Shown: positions 49,345-64,000 of the stretch, piece after piece
Layout: every line of letters starts with the position of its first letter
Numbering within the stretch: position 1 is the stretch's first letter
Source of the DNA: the human T2T-CHM13v2.0 reference genome, Homo sapiens
DNA: 64,000 bases
Direction: 5' to 3' (one strand)
Assembly: GCF_009914755.1 (NCBI RefSeq)
Contig: NC_060941.1
Position numbers and translations under genes: made by a program
The notes under the pieces: model-generated
Seen by the model: only the letters and a program-made list of their open reading frames with translations
Databases searched by the model: none
Told to the model about the DNA's origin: nothing

Positions 49345-50399
49345 TTCATTTTTCTATGTGTAAAATAAGCCAGGATGAGAAAGAAACTTTCAGAAAATAT
49401 TTTGGGGAAGGTGGCAGGGGATGACCTAAACCATAGCTCTTAGGATCTGAAACGCCACGAGACTTGAGCCAAGCCAGGTGAACACTCTGGACACCTCAAA
49501 GTGGGAAGTAGCTGAGGCCAATCTCCATCTCAGTACTTGCCTCCTGTCCCACTAGGTCCTCGGAAGGGGCCAGGTACCTACAGAAACACCTCACATTGCT
49601 GGGGAAGCCATGACTCTTTCAATTTTTTGTTCCCCCTGTAGGAGAGAGTCTCTTGGGAAAAACTATTGATGGACAGCAATGGCCTCTTCCCAGTGCCAGG
49701 ACAAGCACTGCTGCTGTGTCTGCACAGGGCTGGGCTAATGAGTCCTGGTCTAGCCATATACAGGTTCCCAGGTCCCTTTGCAGAGTCCTGTGTGTGTGGC
49801 TCTAGTCCACCATGGACAACAATTTAGCACTAAAATTTCTGCATGCTGGAAAATCCTTTGTTTCTGGGTCAACTGGCATGGTTGGTCAATGTAGTCCCAT
49901 CTAACTGGGCCACATCATACTCTCAGTTCCGCGGTCTGCGTTCTCTCTCATAATACCTGGCCATTCTGGCAAATCGCTAACCATGGCCCCACTCCAGGTG
50001 ACTGGCCAGGCTGTGAAGTGCCCCTCCACCTCTGCCCCTGTGTATCTTTCTTACTCTTGTTTCCCAAAGTTACCACTCCTGTGTGTTGAGGCAGCCTCGG
50101 TATTTGCACAGCTGGGAGAGACCTACTGGGACGTTTGATGCAAAGCCAGGTGAGTCTGGAGCCCTGGAGGGGGGCAGGCTAGAAAGAAAAGAAGGGAGAT
50201 GAAAGTGAGTAAGGAGGGTGGCTCCAAGTGTGGGAACCAGAAACTGCCTGGGCGGAGGCAGGCGTGGACGAGGGGCAGGTGATCAGAGAGCAGTTTGCTG
50301 CACCCCCGTTAGCAAGAAGAACACCACCACCCTCTTCTTCTCACGGAGATCCTTTGTGACTTCCTCACTTGCCAAGGCTGGATCCACAGCTGGAAATAG

Positions 50400-50845
50400 C
50401 TGCATGCTTTGCCAGGGCTGCTGTAACAAAGCACCACAGCCAGGGTGGCTTGAACAATAGAAATGTATCATCTCCCAGTTCTGGATCCTGGAAGTCTTGA
50501 GATCAAGGTGTCTCCAGGGTTGGTTCCCTTGAGGGCTGTGAGGGAGAATGGGGTCCAGGCCTCAGCCCTAGCTCTGGGTGGTTTGCTGGCCATCTGTGAC
50601 GTTCCTTGCCTTGTAGATGCACCACTTTGATCTCCGCCTTTATCTTCACATGGCGTTCTCCCTGTGCGCATGTGCGCATGTCTGTGTCCACATCTCCCCT
50701 GTTATAAGAAGCACCATCCTGCTCCAGTATGAACTCATCCTAACTAATTAGATCTGCAAAGATCCTACTTCGAAATAAAGTCCCATTCTGAGTTACTGGG
50801 GGTTAGGATTTCAGCATATGAATTGGGAGGACAGAATTCAACCAC
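50400..50845 (-). mobile_element. MLT1-type MaLR solo LTR
   Basis: gggctgctgtaacaaagcaccacag...ggggttaggatttcagcatatgaatt. Confidence 0.8.
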
Positions 50846-52577
50846 AGCCCATAGCAATACCTAAAAGGTTTGTTTGTTTATTTGGACATCCTTTGATTTC
50901 TAGCTGTAGTATAGATAGAAAATTTAGACTCTCAAGCCAAGTTTTCAGAAAAAACATAATTGCAAAGTCAGCACCCCATTGAAGGTGGCCCTCCATGCCA
51001 GCAGGCACTGCTTCAACCCCTCCCTGTCTCTCCTGGGGACACGGAGGTGCTGTTGGCTATGTCTGTGTCCCTGGGCGAGAGGCTGAGAAGGTGGGGTCTT
51101 CTCACCCTGCTTGGGTTCTGGCTGCTGTCACCTCTATTCACCAAGCCAAGGTGCTCATTCTCCATGAGTGGGTAACCCTAAGTGACCCCTACACATTTTG
51201 AAGTTTGAGCTGAAGTGGGATTTAAATTGAACCAATATTATTAGCACCTACTATGGGTCAGGCAGCAGGATCAAGATCAAGTATGATCTTGATCTTGACC
51301 TAACATCACAGACATAAGATGCTAAGAGTGGAGGCAATAATTAACACATGAATGGTATAATTTCAGATTATATTGCAATTTAATAATTTCAGAAAAAAAT
51401 CGCAAAAACAGGGAAGTATAAGACAGTAGGCATCTGTTACACTCCTCTGGACATTTGCTTTCTGAACCATAACATGGTGTGGAAGGCACAGGTGGACGCC
51501 TAGCCCCTGGCCTGCAACTTCCAATTTGGTCACTGAGGGCCCCTCTGCCTCTCTCCTTCTGCGATTTTGCTGGGCTGTTGGGGCTGCAGCCACCCCTGTG
51601 CCTCTGAGAGGTTTGTCTTTCTGCTGCTGTCTCACAGCTCCGCCTCTTCTCGGCAACTGAGACGTTGTCACTCCCTTGGCAAAGTCATCATGATTTGTCA
51701 TCCGTGATGTCACCAGATGACAGCCTCTCCATGACCTGGATCCTAAAGGGCAGGCAACTGACACCAGGATGGACTAGCTAGGTGCTCAGCTGACCCAGCG
51801 TCACAGATCCCAGACCTGACTCCATGAATGACAAAGGCCCAGTCACATCCTGGGTGGCAGGCTCAGATGTTGGGTGGGTCTAGCCATGCCGGCCTGTTCA
51901 TTAGGTCTGCCTACCTTTTCATGGTGCAGAGCTTAGTAGAGTGCCTGGCTGTGCCACTCACTTGCTGTGTGACCTTGAGCAAGTCACTTACCCTCTCTGT
52001 GCCTCAATTTCCTCATAGGATTACTGTGAGGCGTAAGTGAGTGCATGGGTGTGAAGTGTTTAGAACCCGCACTCTGTAAACAGGGACAAGTGTTATTGTT
52101 GTGGTTGCCGCTGGGAATCTTTACATTTCTGCCATGATGCTTATGTAAGGAAAAACCCAGGTTGGAAGGCATCCATCCATGACTCTCTGGCACCATCATT
52201 TTCTCCCCTTTACCAACCTGGGCTTCACTTGGTAGCAGCTGCCTGGCCCTTGGCCTCCCCATACTACCCTCACTAAATCTATTAGGACGTGCAGTGCTGT
52301 CTCACCATTCTTCGATGGGTACAAATCCTTTATTTTCATGAACTCCTCTTCCCAGATCCATTTTATCTTTCAGATCCCTTACCTCTACCAAAGTGGCTCT
52401 TTATCTTCACCATCCTCAAATCCCTCAACGCCCCCTAATCTCGTAATCCAGTGTTTATCAAGCTTCACTTATTGTTTAAGTGTACCATTCCCTGCAATTT
52501 GTGTCTCTTACTTATAGAATATTACATTCGTTTGTTAATGCTATATTATTTTGTTAATTTTTAAAAATGGATTTGTT

Positions 52578-52773
<196 letters not shown>

Positions 52774-52992
52774 TTAAAACTGCAATCAGTTATTGTCACC
52801 ATCAGTGAAAAACTGGTGTGACTTAGACAGAAAGTACTTGGGAATAAATATACTGAACACAAAACAATTGTAATTAAATCAGACCAGGGGTACTCAAACT
52901 CTTTCTGTATTGGGCCAGATAGTAAATGTTTCGGGCTTTGCAGGCAATCTTGTTGGTCTCCGTTACAGCCATTCAACACTGCCATTGTAGTG

Positions 52993-53362
52993 TGATATGG
53001 TTTGGCTTTGTGTCCCGACCCAAGTCTCATTTCAAATTATAATCCACATAATTCTCATTATCCCCAACTGTCAAGGGAGAGACCAGGTAGAGGTAATTGG
53101 ATCATTGGGGTAGTTTCCCCCATGCTGTTCTTGTAATAGTGAGTTCTCACGAGATCTAAGGGGCTCATCCCCCTTTGCTGGGCACTTCTCCTTCCTGCCA
53201 CCTTGTGAAGAAGGTGCCTTGCTTCCCCTTTCCCTTCCACCATGATTGTAAGTTTCCTGAGGCCTCCCCAGCCATGCTGAGCTGTGAGTCAATTAAACCT
53301 CTTTCCTTTATAAATTACCCAGGCTTGGGTATGTCTTTATAGCAGTATGAAAACAGACTACT
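52993..53362 (+). mobile_element. THE1/MST-type MaLR solo LTR nested in a MER58A-like relic (~52883-53765)
   Basis: tgatatggtttggctttgtgtccc...aattaaacctctttcctttataaattacccag. Confidence 0.85.
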
Positions 53363-53429
53363 GCATGGTGAAAGAGCCAGAGATGATATGTAAATGAATG
53401 AGTGTGGCTGCATTCCAATAAAACTTTGC

Positions 53430-53720
53430 TGTAATCCCAGCACTTTGGGAGGCTGAGGTGGGCAGATCACCTGAGGTCAGGAGTTTGAAACCAGCCTGTC
53501 CAACATGGTGAAACCTTGTCTACTAAAAATACAAAAAATAACTGGGTGTGGTTGCCCATGCCTGTAGTCCCAGCTATTCAAGAGGCTGAGGCAGGAGAAT
53601 CGCTTGAACCAGGGAGGTGGAGGTTGCAATAAGCCGAGATCGCACCACTGCACTACAGCCTGGATGACAGACGGAGACTCCATCTCCAACCAAACCAAAC
53701 CAAACCAAACCAAACAAAAC
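53430..53720 (+). mobile_element. Alu with (CCAAA)n tail
   Basis: Sense Alu, slightly 5'-truncated. Confidence 0.9.
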
Positions 53721-54705
53721 ACCTTTATTTACAAAACCAGGCAGCAGGTCAGATTTGCTGATTTCCAAACTAGACATTGTTGCCTACTGAAATTGCTCTC
53801 TTTCTCAAATAAAGACCCAAGACTCACAAAGTTTAGAGAGGTACATAAAACATAATAGCACCAACCAGTGGCTTTGTCCTGGAAGTCATAGGAAAGATTG
53901 AATGAAAATTGAAATGGCTATGCCTTTTAATGTGAGCCTGTCTGCCAACTGAAATCCCTTCCCATACTGCCAGGGATATAGTGCCAGAATCTGGAAAAAT
54001 GTTGACCCTGATCAATGCTCCCCAATCAATCTTCATTTACTCCTCCTTTTTCTCAGTGTGGGACTTAGGGTCAGTATTTTCAGAAATGTATTCGCTCTTA
54101 TCTTAGTGACCCCTGACAATTTTCAGAGCTCTTCATTCCTCCTCTGTTAGGCTACCCACAGGGTCTTATAAGAATTCCCCAAAGTGCGCTGCCTGGACCT
54201 CTGTAATCCATGCTCGAGGACCCTCCCTCCAGCTCAGGAAACTCTAGCCCTCTTTTCTGGTTTTCCTATCTTATTCCCTACTGGGCTGACCTAAACCTTC
54301 ATGACTCCTGTCCACATCTCAAAAGCATCCTCCCATTACCACCTCCTTGCTGCTCATCACCTTCCTTCTCCGCAGGTTGGTAACCTTGCCCCCTTTCAGC
54401 AGATAATAATAGTATTTCCATGCATTTGTGTTGCACTTTATGTACAATGGACATCGATCTACATCCAGCATCTCCTTGTCCTCCCTGCAGCCCTGTTCCT
54501 CTTCCAGAGTTGAAAGCCGTTAAGAGAGTTGCCTAGGTTCAGCCAGCAAGTAGGTAACAGAGCTGCAATTAGAACCTGGTCTTGTCGTCTCATGGGCATT
54601 AAATACAAATACCAACTCTTCTCCCTTTCCTGTTCCCCACCCTTGTGTCAGTTGTTTCCCAAATCCTCAGATAATCAAGTTAGTTTCTTTCTTATTCCCA
54701 TTTAA

Positions 54706-55006
<301 letters not shown>

Positions 55007-55019
55007 TTTAATTAAGTTT

Positions 55020-56085
<1,066 letters not shown>

Positions 56086-56989
56086 AAGTGAAAACTGGAT
56101 TCCTATGTACTTTTATACTAGTCCTCGTTACATTGATCCAAGTAGTTTGTTTAGTTTTCTGCCCCCCTCATGAGGCTGGGCATCCCTGTCAGTACAAGCA
56201 TCCCTGCCTTCTCCTTGGTAGCCCAGCACCTGGTGTTCACTGAATAGATGCATTCTTTATAATTCCTGGGACATTCCCAGTTTATTGGAAAAGCTGAGGC
56301 TGCTTCGCCAAATCTCCCCAACTCTACTCAGCTCTACTCAAAGTGCCTCTGTGTTGTTCCTCTCTTCCTTCCTCCCATTTCTGGGGAGGTAGTCTCCCAG
56401 CTACCTCCCATCAAAGCAAATTGCTTCCATGATAATACCTTGAAGTCCCATGATGCCGGGAAATCCAGCGCTTCAGTGGTCTACTGTGAATGTGGGTCCC
56501 TTCCACACCAGTTTATTTTTGCTGCCTGTTTCTGCTGACACTCAGCTCCAAGTTCATTGCTGGGCACATTGTACAAGATGTTGAGATGGAAATCCTGAGG
56601 CATCACCACCATGAGAGCAGCTGGGTTAGGCGTTAAAGCCGATATTTCTGTCACCATTTTCTGGCATCGCTGGATTGCCCCAGGAGCAATCAGGTGCAAA
56701 GCCTGCTTGCAAAGTTCCAGGGTTAAGCTGCCAGAGGTCTTGGCTGTCACCCCCTTCCTCCCGCAGCCAGGCCCAGTGCCAAGTTCCAGAGGCCCTGCCC
56801 AGGCAGCTCCACCCAGAGCTTCAGAGCTAGAGCTTCAGGCCTAACTGCCTCTCTAGCCATGACCTCCTACTGGAGCTGGGGTCCAGCACTCCTAAGCTGC
56901 CAAGATGTCTTTAAAGATGTGCAAAGCCAGGTATAAGCGAGCAAGAGGAATATGGCGCCTGCCTTCAGGGAGCCTAAAGTGGGGAGAGG

Positions 56990-57346
<357 letters not shown>

Positions 57347-57640
57347 TCAGAGGTGAAGGACCATGATCTATGAGAATGTGATAAAGAGGGCACTGACCAA
57401 GGCTTCCCTGAGACTCTGCTGTTGGAACTGAGATTCAAAGGATGGGCAGGCGAGGCCAGGGAAAGGGGTGTGAAGAGGCTCCCAGGTAAGGCAGGAGTGT
57501 ATGAAAGCACTGATGGTGGTAGATGGCTCTGCCGTGTGGCTGGGACAGAGAGGAGGAAGGGGCAAAGAATCGTGCTAACATCTTTCTTCTAGGAGTGTTG
57601 GGAAGCTGTTGGAGAGTTTTAATCAGTAGGGGATGTGATC

Positions 57641-58141
<501 letters not shown>

Positions 58142-60176
58142 GCAATCCATATTTTTTTAAGGAGGCTGCTGTACAGAGAACAGATTGGAAGGGGCTGAGA
58201 TCAGAGGGGAGTGTGGCAAACAGCAAGCACAGTTGTAGCTGAGCTGATAGGAGGAAGGTGAGGACAGTAAAGACACCTCTCTTTCCACAGAGGTGGATGA
58301 ATTTGAGAGCCTGCAGGGGAGTGAAGTCAACAGAACTCCGTGGTGGATGCAGTGTGGGATGAGGGAAAGGGAAGGGGTTATTGTGGACTACCAGCTTTCT
58401 GTTTTGCAAAGCTGGGTGCTAATGGTGACTCCTGAGACACTTATCATCATATCTACCCTCTTAATAAAGTTTTAAGCACACAATACACCGTGCTGTACAG
58501 CATATTTCTAGAATTTATTCATTTTGTAGAACTACAACTTCACTGTATTTTGATTTCCAAACTTGATTTAAAAGCTACTAGACATCATAAGAAATTAGAA
58601 AAAAACAAAACAGAACACCCTTCAGCCATGTGAACCAAAGAGATCGGGAAGAACAACCAAATGAGAGGCATCACCCAATAGGGCTGTGAGTCAGACCAAC
58701 ATGGTGGACTGACAAGGCTCATCCGGCAGCGTGGAGAGGAGAGAGGGGAGGTAGAAAGAGGTGAGACATGGTCTCCAACTCACACTGCTTGCCTTCTCTC
58801 TGCAGGGAGCCACTCTGCCCTTGTTTTCCCCTTCCCTCTTCTGGAATGTTCTATCCGAGATCTTCACGTGGCTGCCTCCTCTTCATTCAGGTCTGAGCAC
58901 AAATGCTGCCTCTCCAGAGAGGCCTCCTACAGCCAGAATCTTAAGTAGCCCCCGCTCGTCTCTCTCCTTCACCCAGTTTCTCGGCTTCACAGTCCTCATC
59001 ACTCTCCGACAGCATCTTCCTCATTTGATGGTGTCCTTGTTTGTGGCCTGTCTGCTCCTGGCAGGGGAAAGTTCTAGAATGCAGGAACTTTTGTCTGTTT
59101 TGTTCACACCCTTCCTCTCTCCAGGGCCCAGCTCAGCACTGAGGCCGTGTGCTCCGGTGCTCCATAGCTACTCACTGAGTGGATGAATGGAACAGTGTGG
59201 TCTTTCAGAGGCCTTATGGGAGAAAGCTTTGTAAGCCATCCCATGCCTTTCCCACATCGGCATCAGCCTCAAGCCCTGGCCACCCCTTCCTCCTCCAGAC
59301 TGAGCAGCCACTCCTCATTCTCCAGCAGCTCACGTGGGCTCCACCCACACCTACCTTGGCCTGTCTCTTCTCACACACACAGGCTCTCCCAGGGGCCAGC
59401 CCCGCTCCCTTTCATCTGTTTGTTGGGGTGAACCTGAAAGCAGCTGCTCTGGCCTTGACCATGGGTCATGCCTGGTGCCAGTTGCTAGTCTGGTTTCCCT
59501 GCCTGTCCCAGAAAGCAGCCACGCCCTCTCCCCTGAGGGATGGCAATTCCTGCAGGCACGTTCCACTGGCCTCTTCTTCCCTCTTGCCCGTGCATAGGCA
59601 CCAGGGGAGTTTGGCAATTGCTCCCAGAATTATTTACTTGAAGTTCTTACCTGACTTTTGTGAGGTTCTTACTTGGATTCTGAGCAAAATTCTAAGTAAA
59701 AATGTGCACGTGCAAATTAGTCTGGGTCTTAAGAGGATCTCTAATAATTACAGTAATGTTACGGGTAAGACCCTGCACTTGGTTGCCAAAATGTTGTAGC
59801 CTTTGTTTGAAATCAGATATCTATGTCCTACCCGAAACAATCTATATATGGTTTTACATGTTCAAATGTAAAGCTATTTTTATCGATGATTTGGGAATTC
59901 TTGCATTATTGTTGTAGCCTGAAATTCTCTCTTCTTCTGACAAAGATAATAACAATATCTGCATTTTACTGAATGCCTACTGTTTTAGTTAGTTCAGGCT
60001 GCTGTTACAAAGTGCTATGGACTGAGTGGCTTATATTATGGGCAACAGTCATCTATTTCTCACATTTCTGGAGGCTGGAAGTTCAAGATCAGGGAGCCAG
60101 CTTGGCTGGAGTTTGGTGAGGGCCCTCTTCCAGGTTGTAGTAAGTTACTCAGGGTCAAACAGCTGGGAAGCCCTGA

Positions 60177-60509
<333 letters not shown>

Positions 60510-61696
60510 CAGAGTCAACTCTTAAACATACATGATGCTGTACATTTGGTAAGGTTAGGTAATCTTAATTTTGACAACCGCAGAGATTGAGACCTGGAAG
60601 AGAGAGAGAGAGCGGTGTCTCCTCCAATACAATTCCTCCTCACCACCCTCTTTCACCCACCCCTGCCTCAGCTCTTAGAAGGGGTGGGCCAGCCTGAGAG
60701 GCCACTGAGAAAGCTGGGTGCCCTGTGTGAACCCCACTCTTCCCTGTCCACCACCTGGATGTCTAGTGTGAGAAAGTTCCTGCAGCCTCAGAGATAGGAG
60801 GGGAAGAGGACTGGAACCATCAAAGTCATGATGCTTTGACTTTTTTCTCTATTTTCTCTTTCCTTAGAGACTGGAGGAATGCTTTGAAATAGATGACAGC
60901 CAAATATAAAATGTCATTGATTCAGAACTTACTTATGAGAGTCTTTGCTCTAAGTATATCAGTTCAGGACCTAATCAAATCATATTCAAAACTCAGAAGA
61001 AGAAAATAACTTCTCCCAGTCATGTCACCTAAGTAGGAATTGCAGTTGGCTGCAAGTAACAGACCAAAAATAATGGTGACTTAAATAAGATAAAATTTTA
61101 TGTTTATCTTCTGTAAGAGTAGCCTGGGGTTGGGCAGTGCAGTTGCTCCCTGGATGTCTTGAAGGTCACAGGCATCTTATAACTTTCTGCTCCACCCTCC
61201 TTGACAATGGCTTTTATTCTCAAGGTCAGTTAGTGGTCCCAGGATGGCAGCTGCAGCTCCAGCCATTGGGTCTGCATCCAAAGAAGCAAGGGTGAAGGGA
61301 CAGCAGCATCCGGCAGGTGAAGAGCTTGTGGCAGACGGAGAGCTTTTTTGGCCTCCAACTAAGGATTTCCAGACACATCTCATTGGTCAACTGCTGTCAT
61401 GAGGGAGGCTGGGGAATCTAGGAAGGATCATACTTTAGCCGGGCATATTGCTGCCTTCAAAAAAACTAGAGGTTTTATTACCAAAGAAGATGGGGGAAAA
61501 GGATATTCAACAGGCAAGTAGTTGTCTCTGACATTTCCTCCAGAAAACCAGATTTCTGGCTTGGGCAATTGGCTAAATGGTACTGAATGGTGGTGTTGTT
61601 TCCTGAGACAGGCGACACAGAAGAAGGAAGAGGAGGAATTCAGTCTGAGGCAGGTCGAGTATACGCTGCTGGAGGCATTAAGGTGAAGGTTTTTGT

Positions 61697-62615
61697 TGTA
61701 GGCAGAACAATGGCCCCCTAAAGATGTCCAAATCCAGGTCCCTGGAATTTATGAGTAGGTTACTATATATGGCAAAAGGGACTTTGAGTTGTGATTAAGG
61801 GGTGTTATGGGCTGAACTGCATTGCCCCCAAATTCTTATATTAAAATTTGAATCCCCAGCACCTCAGAATTGGACTGTATTTGGAGACAGAGTGTTTAAA
61901 GCGGTCATTAGGTTAATGTTGTCATGAGGGTGGGCCCTAATCAAATCTGCCTGGTGTCCCTGTAAGAAGATGAGATTAAGGAACAGACACATACTGAGAA
62001 AGGACCACATGGACACACAGGGAGAAGACGGCCATCTGCAAGCCAAACAGAGAGCCCTCAGAAGAAACCAAACCTGCTGACACCTTGCTCTCCGACTTCT
62101 GGCCCACAGAACTGTGAGAAAACAAATTTCTGGTGTTTAAGCCATCCAGTCTCGGCACTTTGTCATGGCAGCCTGAGCAGACTCATAAAAGGATTTTGAG
62201 ATTGGGGGTTATCCTGGGCCATCCAGGAGGGCCCAATGTAAGGTCTCAATATAAGTGCCCAATATACAGCATCACATAGGGGTCCTTATAAATGAAAGAC
62301 AGAGGCAGGAGGGCCGGAGAAAAGCTGTGATGACATAAGAACACCAGCCGTCTTCTGTGGACATTGGCTACGAAGATGGAAGGGGTCTCAAACCAGGGAC
62401 TGCAGGCGGCCTCCAGAAGCTGAAAAAAGCAAGGAACAGATTCTCCCCTAGAGACTCCAGAAGGACACAACCCTGCCTGTACCTGGGCTTTAGCCCTGTG
62501 AGATCCATGTTGGACTACTCACCTCCAGAACTGTGAGAAATAAATTTTTGTTGGTTTAAGCTACTAAAGTTATGGTGTTCCTTTTTATTTTATAATCACA
62601 ATAGGAGGCTAACAC
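61697..62615 (+). mobile_element. MLT1-type LTR with a second MLT1 LTR (~61803-62185) nested inside
   Basis: Outer tgtaggcagaacaatggccccc...gtgattaagg resumes at aaggattttgagat; inner tgttatgggctgaactg...gcagcctgagcagact. Confidence 0.75.
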
Positions 62616-64000
62616 TGTATATTCAGTAGGCATTTAGATGTATGTTTTGCAAAGTCACCAACACGCAGAGAATAACTGAAGCCATTGTCATGGACAAAAT
62701 CATTCAGAGAATTATTTAGAATGAGGAAGAGACGGAATCTAGGGAAGAATCTTCTGGGAGACCAACATTCCAGGAAAGGGAAAAAATTGCACTGCTGTTT
62801 CTTTGATGGCTGGGTCTCAGGACTTAGAAGTGTAGCCAGATGGGGACATGTGGGGAGACACTGATCCCCCTAAGTGCCTTCCTTAGACATGACAGCTGCA
62901 CAACACAATCGAAGGCTATGATGGACAGGTTTCCAAGGAAACAGCAAAAAGCAAGACCGTGAAATAGAGGTGTGAATAGAATCAAAAGGGCATTGCTTTT
63001 TATAGGCTGGGGTTCTCCTACTAACCCACAGGCAGCTCCCAGTCCCCACCCCCTCCATCTCCCCATTCCTTTCCTCTCACCTCCCACCCCTACGTGAACA
63101 CCTATCATATCTCCATTCTAGAGAGCTGGAAAGGCAGCCTGGAGCCAGAATGACTTGGGCACACACCCTCTGTGCATTCTGTCCTCCCTCTGTCTCCATC
63201 CTAACTGATGATCTCCTTGCTTCTCTCCTCTGGGGACTCTCTTGATTGCTTTCTGAGATGAGAGCTCATCTTTCTCACAGCATCTCCAGTTTTGATGTCT
63301 GGTGCATGGCAGGTACTCGGGGCCTTGAAATGCTAGGCTAACAGCTACTCTTGAGGGAGGGATCAGAGACCATGTCTGAGAAAGGGATCAGAGGAAGGGA
63401 AGGTCCCCAGGCCCTAGGGAATGAGATAGGCAAAGGCTGCCTGAATAGAATCTGCTTCCCTTCTCTTTCAGGTCTTCCTCCCATGCAACCCCACAGGAAA
63501 AGGACGATGATTGATACTTACATTCCTTTATTGATTGAAAAAGAGCCCAACATGGTCTACATGATTATCAGAGGGGCCACTGGCCATCACTCCCCCTCCT
63601 CTTTGCAGTCACTTTGGTGGTTTTGCCAGAGAGCCCTGCTGTGCAGTGGGAGATGGTCTTATTTTGGAGGTGACCTTTACCTAAACTTCGTTCTCTTTGG
63701 AATAGGAGACCTGGACTTGGAGAAGGCCTGCAATCTCTCTTTCCTGCACCTGTAGTCCACAGACGTGAGCACTGTCCCTTAGCCATAGAGGACTCCCCCC
63801 ACCTCCCATGGAGACCAGGGGAAGCTGACTGCACAGAGCCAGAGCCCAGCTGGGCTGGTGGAGTGCCTGGAGCTCTGTGCAGGTCTGGATAGGAGGAAAC
63901 GGCCAATAGGAACTGGACCTCCTTGCAGGTGCTAGGAGCACAGGCTCAGGGCTCTGGGGATGGGAATGAAGGTAGGACCTGGGAGGGCAATTGTCTGCCT

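Noticed and set aside
58761-59799. Two adjacent Leu-rich ORFs (141 and 206 aa)
   Set aside because: Non-ATG starts, L2-like pyrimidine-rich sequence, no splice or promoter support.
62700-64000. Possible 3' end of the neighbouring gene PIRT (minus-strand AATAAA at ~63527)
   Set aside because: No PIRT coding sequence in the window; a lone hexamer is insufficient.

Overview
Human (primate) genomic DNA, dense in repeats: about 39 Alu copies or fragments, old L1/L2/MIR, MaLR LTRs and hAT DNA-transposon relics. One credible protein-coding unit: a two-exon minus-strand gene encoding a 79-aa two-transmembrane microprotein (CDS 47632-47871). I recognise it as TMEM238L (alias LINC00675/FORCP), which from recall places the window at 17p13.1-p12 between TMEM220 and PIRT. 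The gene model can be read from the sequence: TATA-like box ~48030-48036, TSS ~48005 (inferred), donor at 47513, 7,653-nt intron, acceptor at 39861, AATAAA at 38855-38860. The most notable observation is the ORF layout of this mRNA. The stop lies 118 nt before the only exon junction, which predicts NMD. Seven nt after the stop is a strong-Kozak AUG (GCCATGG) opening a 57-aa ORF that crosses the junction and is invisible to unspliced ORF scans. There is also an overlapping upstream ORF and a 63-aa ORF in exon 2. Other points: a 33 x 18-bp G-quadruplex-prone VNTR, a perfect double-octamer palindrome at 34316-34336 and a small twin-primed L1 insertion. Nearly all other ORF-track entries are repeat-derived or random. 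Repeat subfamily names and boundaries are by eye and approximate.
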